Below, one piece after another: positions 57,252 to 64,000 of a stretch of 64,000 bases of DNA. Position 1 is the first letter of the stretch. Every line of letters begins with the position of its first letter. A model generated the notes under the pieces. The model was not told the origin of the DNA and searched no databases. It worked only from the letters and a program-made list of their open reading frames with translations. The position numbers and the translations under genes were made by a program. The stretch covers positions 23,983 to 87,982 of the forward strand of contig JAEWRW010000049.1 of NCBI GenBank assembly GCA_023398815.1, read 5' to 3'. This stretch comes from Bacillota bacterium (GTDB lineage: Bacteria > Bacillota > Clostridia > Christensenellales > UMGS416).

Positions 57252-58100
57252 ATGGCAGCGACGGTACTGGACGGCAAGGCCGCGGCGAAGGAAATTCGGC
57301 GGCGCATCAAGGCGGAAGTGGCACAACTGCAGGCAGAGCGTGGGCTGCAGCCCGGACTTGCGGTGGTGCTGGTGGGCGACGACCCGGCTTCCCAGGCCTA
57401 TGTGAACAGCAAGGAGCGGGACTGTGGGCTGGTGGGCTTCCATTCAGTGGTCTATCGCCTGCCCGCCGACACGACGATGGACACCCTGCTCGCGCTCATC
57501 GACCGGCTGAACGCCGACAGCCGTATCCATGGCATGTTGGTGCAGTTGCCGCTGCCCCGGCATCTGGATGAAGCGGCGGTCATCGAGCGCATCGACCCCA
57601 AGAAGGACGTGGACGGGTTCCACCTCATCAATGTGGGTCTGCTGGTGACCGGTGGCAAGACGCTGGCCCCCTGCACGCCCAAGGGCGTGATGTGGATGCT
57701 GCAGAACGCCGGGATTGAGGTGGCTGGCAAGCACGCGGTGGTGCTGGGGCGCAGCAACATCGTGGGTAAGCCCATGGCAAACCTGCTGCTGGCGGCCAAC
57801 GCCACGGTGACAATCTGCCACTCCCGCACCCAGAACCTGGCAGAGATGACCCGGCAGGCCGATATACTGGTGGCGGCCATCGGCAAGCCGGGGTTTGTCA
57901 CCGGCGACATGGTCAAGCCCGGTGCCGTCGTCATTGACGTGGGCATCAACCGCGTGAACGACGCGCTGGTGGGCGATGTGGATTATGAGTCCGCCGCTGC
58001 GGTGGCAAGCCACATCACCCCGGTGCCCGGCGGCGTAGGCCCCATGACCCGCGCCATGCTGTTGGAGAACACGCTGGAGGCCGCCCGAACCCATGGCTGA
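57252..58100 (+). CDS. folD: bifunctional methylenetetrahydrofolate dehydrogenase / methenyltetrahydrofolate cyclohydrolase
   Basis: ATG at 57252 after [19 protein letters not shown]..., [14 protein letters not shown], and [11 protein letters not shown]. Confidence 0.95.
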   Translation: MAATVLDGKAAAKEIRRRIKAEVAQLQAERGLQPGLAVVLVGDDPASQAYVNSKERDCGLVGFHSVVYRLPADTTMDTLLALIDRLNADSRIHGMLVQLPLPRHLDEAAVIERIDPKKDVDGFHLINVGLLVTGGKTLAPCTPKGVMWMLQNAGIEVAGKHAVVLGRSNIVGKPMANLLLAANATVTICHSRTQNLAEMTRQADILVAAIGKPGFVTGDMVKPGAVVIDVGINRVNDALVGDVDYESAAAVASHITPVPGGVGPMTRAMLLENTLEAARTHG

Positions 58101-59325
58101 TTGGGTCTTCACCGTCTCGGAGGTGGGGGAGTTCGTCAAGCGCAGCTTTGACAGCCAGCCCATGCTCCAGAGCCTACAGGTGCGGGGGGAAATCTCTGAC
58201 CTGCGGCGGTCGGCGGCGGGGCACATGTACTTTGCCCTGAAGGACGAGCGAGCGCTGTTGCGGTGCGTCTACTTCCGGCAGGATCAGGCCTTTGGCCAGA
58301 AGATAGCCGAAGGCCAGCGCGTCACGGTGACGGGGCGGCTCTCCTACTATGCCGAGCAGGGGCAGATCAATTACTACGTCAAGCGCGTCAAGGCCGACGG
58401 AGTTGGCAACTTGTTCCTGCTCTTTGAGCAGCGCAAGGCTCGATTCCAGGCGTTGGGGTACTTCGACGCCGAGCGCAAGCGCCCCCTGCCGTCCATGCCG
58501 GAGCGTATCGGTGTTATTACCTCGCCCACCGGAGCTGTTATTCGGGACATCATCCGTATCATCGGCCGCCGCAGCCCCCGCACGCAGGTCGTGCTGTACC
58601 CCGTGCGGGTGCAGGGGGAGGGTGCCGCCGCGGAGATTGCCGCCGGCATCCGCGCCTTCAACGCCCGGGGGAACGTGGATGTGCTCATCGTGGGCCGGGG
58701 TGGCGGGTCCTTTGAGGATTTGTGGGAGTTCAACGACGAGCAGGTGGTGCGCTCGATTGTCGAGAGTGCCCTTCCGGTTATCAGCGCCGTGGGGCACGAG
58801 ACGGACTTTACCCTCGCGGATTTCGCTGCCGACGTGCGGGCGGCCACTCCTTCGGAGGCCGCTGAGCTGGCCGTGCCAGACACCCAGCAGCGCCTGCGGC
58901 AGGTGACCGAGCTCTCAGCCCGGCTGCGGCAGTCCATGTTAGGCCAGCTGGCCCTGCGCGAGAATGAACTTCGGCTGCTGGAGCGGACGGTGACCCTGCA
59001 AAGCCCCATGAACCGCGCCACCGATGGTTTGCTGCGGCTCGATGACCTGCGGGAGCGGCTGGACGGCGCCATGGCGCGACGGCTGGAGACCGCGCAGACC
59101 CAGGTGGAACACATGGGCAGCCTGCTCGTAGGCATGAACCCAGCGCTGGTGTTGCAGCGGGGCTACGCGGCGGTGTGGATGCCACAGCGGGGCAGCTACG
59201 CCACCGGCGTGGCGGAGCTCAGCCCCAACGACCCGGTGGTGCTGCGCATGGCCGACGGCAGCCGCGTGGCTGTCATTGCGGAGGATGGAGAGACGAATGG
59301 CAAAGAAACAACAACCGGCCTTTGA
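58093..59325 (+). CDS. xseA: exodeoxyribonuclease VII large subunit
   Basis: ...[22 protein letters not shown]... OB-fold N-terminus. [14 protein letters not shown] and [10 protein letters not shown]. Confidence 0.93.
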   Translation: MADWVFTVSEVGEFVKRSFDSQPMLQSLQVRGEISDLRRSAAGHMYFALKDERALLRCVYFRQDQAFGQKIAEGQRVTVTGRLSYYAEQGQINYYVKRVKADGVGNLFLLFEQRKARFQALGYFDAERKRPLPSMPERIGVITSPTGAVIRDIIRIIGRRSPRTQVVLYPVRVQGEGAAAEIAAGIRAFNARGNVDVLIVGRGGGSFEDLWEFNDEQVVRSIVESALPVISAVGHETDFTLADFAADVRAATPSEAAELAVPDTQQRLRQVTELSARLRQSMLGQLALRENELRLLERTVTLQSPMNRATDGLLRLDDLRERLDGAMARRLETAQTQVEHMGSLLVGMNPALVLQRGYAAVWMPQRGSYATGVAELSPNDPVVLRMADGSRVAVIAEDGETNGKETTTGL

Positions 59326-59551
59326 AGAGGCATTGACGCGCCTGGAAGAGATTGTGCGGCGCATGGAGACGGGCAAACTCTCTCTGGATGAGACCGCCGC
59401 CCTCTATGAGGAAGGGCTGGCACTCACCAAGCTCTGCCGCGGGAAGCTCGAACAGGTGCGGGCGAAGGTGATGAAGCTTACCGGTGAAGCGGATTCTATG
59501 CGCGAGGTAGCGTTTGACACAGCGGAGGACGACGACCTTGGTGGAGATTGA
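59297..59551 (+). CDS. xseB: exodeoxyribonuclease VII small subunit
   Basis: ATG at 59297 overlaps the xseA 3' end. [24 protein letters not shown]...YEEG..L...C...L. Confidence 0.9.
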   Translation: MAKKQQPAFEEALTRLEEIVRRMETGKLSLDETAALYEEGLALTKLCRGKLEQVRAKVMKLTGEADSMREVAFDTAEDDDLGGD

Positions 59552-60413
59552 ACTCAAGGGATACGCCACGGCCATCGACCGCGCCCTGCGGGAGCGGATG
59601 GAGACGCTGGACGACGTGCCCGAGCCACTGGCCGAAGCCATGGCATACAGCCTATTGGCCGGCGGCAAACGCATCCGCGGGGCGCTGCTGCTGGCGGCGG
59701 CGGAGCGGGCCGGGTGTGCCCGGGCTGACGCCATGCCCTTCGCCCGTGCGCTGGAGATGATCCACGCCTATTCGCTCATCCACGATGACCTGCCCGCCAT
59801 GGACAACGACGTGCTGCGCCGTGGCAAGCCCACCAACCACGTGGTCTATGGCGAGGCGAACGCCATCTTGGCCGGCGATGGTCTGCTCAATCTGGCTTTT
59901 GAGGAAATGCTGGATGCCTGTGCCCAGCAGGGGGAGCATGCCGTGGCAGCGGCCCGATGCGTTGCCCGGGCGGCGGGCGGCACCGGCATGGTGGGCGGGC
60001 AGACGCTGGACCTGGCAGCCACCGGCAGCTTTGCAGATGGGCAGGAACTGCGCCGCATGCATGAGAAGAAGACCGGTGCCCTGCTGCTGGCCGCCATTGG
60101 CGCGGGCCTGCGCCTGGGTGGGGTGGAGGAAGGCTTCCTCTCCGACATGGAGCGGTACGGCCGCCATCTGGGGCTACTCTTCCAGATCACCGACGACATT
60201 CTGGACAGGGAGGGCAGTGAGCAGGCCCTTGGCAAGTCCATCGGCAAGGACGACCTGGCCCACAAGACGACCTATGTCACCCTGCATGGGCTGAGCGGTG
60301 CGCGCGCCCTGGCGCGAGAGGAGTGCCAGCGTGCCCAGGATGCCCTGGAGGGTTGGGAAAACGTTGACTTTTTTCGTCGCTTGGCCCAGTATATATTGGA
60401 TAGAAAAAGCTAA
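59538..60413 (+). CDS. ispA: polyprenyl (farnesyl/geranylgeranyl) diphosphate synthase
   Basis: FARM motif LIHDDLPAMDND and SARM motif FQITDDILD. Start is TTG 59538 or GTG 59541, 8-11 nt after GGAGGA. Confidence 0.9.
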   Translation: MVEIELKGYATAIDRALRERMETLDDVPEPLAEAMAYSLLAGGKRIRGALLLAAAERAGCARADAMPFARALEMIHAYSLIHDDLPAMDNDVLRRGKPTNHVVYGEANAILAGDGLLNLAFEEMLDACAQQGEHAVAAARCVARAAGGTGMVGGQTLDLAATGSFADGQELRRMHEKKTGALLLAAIGAGLRLGGVEEGFLSDMERYGRHLGLLFQITDDILDREGSEQALGKSIGKDDLAHKTTYVTLHGLSGARALAREECQRAQDALEGWENVDFFRRLAQYILDRKS

Positions 60414-60421
60414 GGGGTCCC

Positions 60422-60868
60422 ATGAAGTATTTCGACCAGATCGTTCACAACCCAATTTTTTTGCCAGCTATCACGGCATGGCTCACGGCACAGGTCATCA
60501 AGCTCATCCTGACGCTGATCTTCCAGAAGCGGTGGGATTGGGTGCGGCTCTTTGGCGCGGGCGGCATGCCCAGCGCCCATTCGTCGTCGGTCACCTGTGC
60601 GGCCATTACGGCGGGGCTGGTCGCCGGGTTTGATTCGGTTGCCTTCGGTATCGCCACGGTGTTCGCGCTGGTGGTGATGTACGATGCCGCCGGTGTGCGC
60701 CGGGCCGCCGGCACCCAGGCCACGCTTCTCAATGACATCGTGGAGACGTTCTTCTCCGAGCATTACATCAATCAGGTCAAGCTCAAGGAGCTGTTGGGCC
60801 ATCAGCCAAGGGAGGTGTTGGCCGGAAGCCTGCTGGGCATCGTCGTGGCCATCGCCTTTTATCTTTAA
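60422..60868 (+). CDS. divergent PAP2-family membrane protein (DUF212)
   Basis: ...GGMPSAHSSSV...VVMYDAAGVRR..G...LGHQP.EV..G... is the DUF212 pattern. Confidence 0.8.
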   Translation: MKYFDQIVHNPIFLPAITAWLTAQVIKLILTLIFQKRWDWVRLFGAGGMPSAHSSSVTCAAITAGLVAGFDSVAFGIATVFALVVMYDAAGVRRAAGTQATLLNDIVETFFSEHYINQVKLKELLGHQPREVLAGSLLGIVVAIAFYL

Positions 60869-60889
60869 TAAACACAAAGGAGTACACCC

Positions 60890-61474
60890 ATGCAAGACAA
60901 TGAGTTTCTGGTGGAAGTATCCGCCCGCCACGTACACCTGTGCAAGGCCGATGTGGAGGCCCTCTTCGGCCCCGGTAAAACACTGACCTTCAAGCGCGAT
61001 CTCTCCCAGCCCGGGCAGTTCCTGTCGGAGGAGCGCGTTGATGTGATAGGCCCCAAGAGCACCTTCAAGAACGTTGCCATCCTCGGGCCCGAGCGCCCCG
61101 CCACCCAGGTGGAAGTCTCGGTGACCGACAGCTTCACCATTGGCATCCCCACCGTCGTGCGGGAGTCCGGCGACGTGAACGGCACCCCCGGCTTCACCCT
61201 CAGCGGCCCCTGCGGCACGGTTGAGGTCAAGGAGGGCCTGATCGCCGCCAAGCGGCATATCCACATGCGGCCCGAGGACGCCGAGAAGCTCGGCGTGCAG
61301 GACAAGCAGATTGTGGAAGTGCGGTTGGAGACCGAGCGGGCGCTGACCTTCGGCGATGTCGTGGTGCGCGTCAGCCCCAAGTTCGCCCTGGCCATGCACG
61401 TGGACACCGACGAAGCCAATGCCGCGCTCATCCCGCGCAATGGCTGCCCCGGCTTCATCGTGGCGAAGAAATAA
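60890..61474 (+). CDS. pduL: phosphate propanoyltransferase / phosphotransacylase PduL
   Basis: Duplicated PduL motifs VSARHVHL and AKRHIHM, with ...HVDTDEANAA. AAAGGAG RBS. Confidence 0.88.
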   Translation: MQDNEFLVEVSARHVHLCKADVEALFGPGKTLTFKRDLSQPGQFLSEERVDVIGPKSTFKNVAILGPERPATQVEVSVTDSFTIGIPTVVRESGDVNGTPGFTLSGPCGTVEVKEGLIAAKRHIHMRPEDAEKLGVQDKQIVEVRLETERALTFGDVVVRVSPKFALAMHVDTDEANAALIPRNGCPGFIVAKK

Positions 61475-61624
61475 TGCTCCCACGTTGCACGGGAACGCCT
61501 GCCCGGTCGGTGAACCCGTGACCAGAGTTTAGTCAATCAATCCCCTGTCAATTTCGTATTGGCGGGGGATTTTGTTTCTGCCTGCCACACTGCAGACGGG
61601 CGTACCCGGACCTCAAAGATTTGC

Positions 61625-61677
61625 TTGACAGGGGCCATGCCCGACCTATAATAGAACCGAAAGAACCGAATCGGTTC
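61625..61677 (+). promoter_or_regulatory. promoter (TTGACA-15-TATAAT) followed by a tandem plus inverted AGAACCGA repeat (candidate TetR operator)
   Basis: TTGACA at 61625-61630 and TATAAT at 61646-61651, with a short 15-nt spacer. AGAACCGAA occurs twice in tandem (61652-61669), followed by TCGGTTCT (61670-61677). This forms the 8-1-8 palindrome AGAACCGA-A-TCGGTTCT. Confidence 0.55.
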
Positions 61678-61712
61678 TGAACGTACGAGTTTGTTGAGTT
61701 GGAGGATATGCC

Positions 61713-62462
61713 ATGGACGGGAACGCTGCCATACAGATTGAGGGGCTCCGGGTGCAGTTCGGCAGTCAGGTCGTGCTGCCACAGTTGAGCGTCTCCATTC
61801 CCGAGGGACAGATTGTGGGGCTGTTGGGCCCGTCGGGTTCGGGCAAGACCACTCTTGTCAAGTCGGTTTGCGGTGCGGTTCCCTTTCAAGCCGGTGCCAT
61901 CACCGTCTTCCAAAACCATGTGCCATCGCTGGCGTCCATGGCGACCATTGGGTACATGGCCCAGAATGACGCGCTCTATGAGGATTTGACCGCGCTGGAA
62001 AACCTGCTGTTCTTCGGCAGGGTGCTGGGCATCCGCGGGGCGGAGGCGAAGCGCCGCGCGGGGGAGCTCATGGAGTTTGTGGATCTGGCCGAACACCGGA
62101 AGAAGGCGGTTCGCCAATTCTCCGGCGGCATGAAACGTCGGCTTTCCCTGGCGATCGCGCTCATCAACCGCCCGCGCCTGCTTATTTTGGATGAGCCGAC
62201 CGTGGGGATGGATCCGGTGCTTCGCCGGAAGTTCTGGGCGGAGTTTGACACCCTAAAGGCCGGGGGCTGCACCATCCTTGCCACCACCCATGTGATGGAT
62301 GAGGCTGCCCGTTGCGACCGGATATTATTGATGCGAGAAGGGCAGATCATCGCCAATGGGACGCTGGAGGAGTTGCTCGCCCAGACGGGGGCGGCGGACA
62401 TTGAAGAAGCGTTCCTGCGGTTCAGCGGGGCGACGGAAGGGCAAGGGAAGAAACATGAATAG
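61713..62462 (+). CDS. ABC transporter ATP-binding protein (ABC-2 / drug-exporter type)
   Basis: Walker A GPSGSGKTT, signature FSGGMKRRLSLA, Walker B LLILDEPT. GGAGGA lies 6 nt upstream. Confidence 0.9.
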   Translation: MDGNAAIQIEGLRVQFGSQVVLPQLSVSIPEGQIVGLLGPSGSGKTTLVKSVCGAVPFQAGAITVFQNHVPSLASMATIGYMAQNDALYEDLTALENLLFFGRVLGIRGAEAKRRAGELMEFVDLAEHRKKAVRQFSGGMKRRLSLAIALINRPRLLILDEPTVGMDPVLRRKFWAEFDTLKAGGCTILATTHVMDEAARCDRILLMREGQIIANGTLEELLAQTGAADIEEAFLRFSGATEGQGKKHE

Positions 62463-63630
62463 CTTTGTGGTTGCGGGCAGGGTTGTGCGGCAAATCGTGA
62501 AGGATCGGCGCACGCTGGCACTGCTCATCGTCGCGCCGTTGATGGCCATTTTTCTGCTCCATGAAATTTTGAACATCGACGCATTCCGGCCTCAGGTGCT
62601 GACGCTGTCGTTGCCCGCACAGATGCAGAGCGCCATCGCCGAGGAGGCTGACGTCACACCGGTTGATGACCTCGACGCCGCGCTGGAAGAACTGAAATAC
62701 AGCCGTACCGATGGGGTCATCGTCTACGACGAGCCGACGGTCACCGTGTATGTGGAAGGCTCCCAGAGCATGGTGACGGCTTCGGTGAAGAAGGCCCTTG
62801 CCACAGCCGTTGCGGATTATTCCAAGCAGCATGCGCAGGAGAGCCTGGAGGAGAAGGTGCTGACCCTCAAGGAGAGCATTCTGGAGCAGGTGCGCCAGCA
62901 ATTGATGCAGGTGCTGAAAGCCAATGGTGCCAATACCGTTGCAGTGCCGGAGGTTGATATTGCGGTGGAAGCGCCCAGCCTTAGCCTGACGTCGGTCGAA
63001 TACAGCTACCTCAATGGCTCCGACGACATGACGACCTTCGACAGCATCGCGCCGCTGATGATGGGCTTCTTCATCTTCTTCTTTGTCTTTCTGCTGGCGG
63101 GGGTTGCCTTCCTGCGGGAGCGGATCAGCGGCACGCTGGAGCGGCTGTTGAGCACCCCCATCCGGCGGCACGAAATCGTGTTTGGGTACTTCCTGGGCTT
63201 TGGCCTCTTTGTACTGGTGCAAACGCTGCTCATTCAGCTCTACATGGTACATGTGCTGCACATCGCTCTCAAAGGCAATTTCCTGCTGGTGCTTCTCATC
63301 AATCTCCTGCTGGCGGCTGGCTCGCTCGCATTGGGCACGCTGCTTTCGGCCTTTGCACGCAACGAGTTGCAGCTCTTCCAGTTCATCCCATTGGTCATCG
63401 TGCCGCAGATTCTTTTCTGCGGTCTCTTCAATCTGCGCGGGGCCCCGGCGTGGATTGCTGTCCTCTCTAAGATTTTCCCGCTTACCTATGCCGCCGATGC
63501 CCTGACGAACGTCGCCTTCCGGGGGTTTGGGTTCGGTGTCATCCTGCCGGATCTGCTCATTCTGTTTGGTTACATGGTGCTGTTCCTGGCGCTGAACACC
63601 GTTGCCCTCAAACGATACCGAAAGATTTAG
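62455..63630 (+). CDS. ABC-2-type transporter permease with a large extracytoplasmic loop
   Basis: ATG at 62455 overlaps the ATPase 3' end. N-terminal TM segment, a ~190-aa soluble loop, then 5 TM segments. Confidence 0.85.
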   Translation: MNSFVVAGRVVRQIVKDRRTLALLIVAPLMAIFLLHEILNIDAFRPQVLTLSLPAQMQSAIAEEADVTPVDDLDAALEELKYSRTDGVIVYDEPTVTVYVEGSQSMVTASVKKALATAVADYSKQHAQESLEEKVLTLKESILEQVRQQLMQVLKANGANTVAVPEVDIAVEAPSLSLTSVEYSYLNGSDDMTTFDSIAPLMMGFFIFFFVFLLAGVAFLRERISGTLERLLSTPIRRHEIVFGYFLGFGLFVLVQTLLIQLYMVHVLHIALKGNFLLVLLINLLLAAGSLALGTLLSAFARNELQLFQFIPLVIVPQILFCGLFNLRGAPAWIAVLSKIFPLTYAADALTNVAFRGFGFGVILPDLLILFGYMVLFLALNTVALKRYRKI

Positions 63631-63641
63631 AGGGGAGTTAT

Positions 63642-64000
63642 CATGGACCAAAGAGAAAGGATATTGGAAACAGCGTTCCAGTTATTCACGGGAACCGGCT
63701 ATTCCGCCGTGACGATGGAACAGATCGCCCGCCGCTGCGGCATGGGCAAGGCAACGCTCTACAAGCACTTTGCCTCCAAGGAGGAGTTGCTTATGGGGAG
63801 TGTGGATTACCACACGGCCAAGGTGCGCGCTGAAATGGAGCGGGTGATCGCCGACGAGGCAAAATCCCCCCAGCAGAAAGCGGTCGATTTCATCGTGCCG
63901 GTGGTGCGGTTCGTATCCCAGGTCAACAGCAGTGTGCTCGATGACATACAGCGGTCTGTGCCGGAAGCCTATGAGAGGATTGACACCAACCGCAGGGGCA
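63642..64000 (+). CDS. TetR/AcrR-family transcriptional regulator, truncated by the window edge
   Basis: Absent from the ORF track because it has no stop in the window. ATG at 63642 after GAGGGGAG. My translation is MDQRERILETAFQLFTGTGYSAVTMEQIARRCGMGKATLYKHFASKEEL..., which carries the TetR_N HTH signature. The frame stays open to base 64000. Confidence 0.85.

Noticed and set aside
61539-61578. Possible pduL terminator: aatcccc-N19-ggggatt followed by ttttgtttc.
   Set aside because: The stem is only 7 bp with a 19-nt loop, which is too loose to call confidently even though the U-tract is good.

Overview
This is a GC-rich, densely coding chromosomal window with the gene content of a spore-forming Firmicute. 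Clostridia, Oscillospiraceae/Ruminococcaceae-like, is my inference from gene content and codon bias only. Two blocks follow Bacillus subtilis gene order: (i) yabP-yabQ, murC, purR-glmU-prs-pth-mfd, and (ii) efp, spoIIIAA-AH, asp23, nusB-folD-xseA-xseB-ispA. Between them lie ygiQ, uppP, lepB, an XRE/cupin-regulated potABCD operon, a SAM-I riboswitch with metK, an iorAB/aryl-CoA ligase/ACT cluster, alr, addBA, a nuclease-helicase fusion, and housekeeping enzymes. I found no rRNA, tRNA, CRISPR array, transposase, integrase or phage genes. Many long ORFs in the supplied track are antisense or out-of-frame shadows typical of GC-rich DNA, and I trimmed many N-termini to starts with Shine-Dalgarno support. 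Two edge-truncated genes are missing from the track: 1-850 on the minus strand, and a TetR gene from 63642. The best candidate for an undescribed system is a translationally coupled three-gene module at 40784-43439. It comprises a URO-D-family enzyme fused to a CxxC thioredoxin-fold domain, a second small CxxC thioredoxin-fold protein, and a G3E (CobW-like) GTPase with an altered metal motif. No corrinoid partner is nearby. Secondary points: related TGTTTGT/ACAAACA inverted repeats at two promoters, a TsaD/Kae1 paralog wedged between nusB and folD, an orphan nucleotidyltransferase-fold gene between efp and spoIIIA, paired sigma-E-like boxes in the spoIIIA locus, and a TetR operator-like repeat. 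All family assignments come from by-eye motif recognition. None was verified by a database search.
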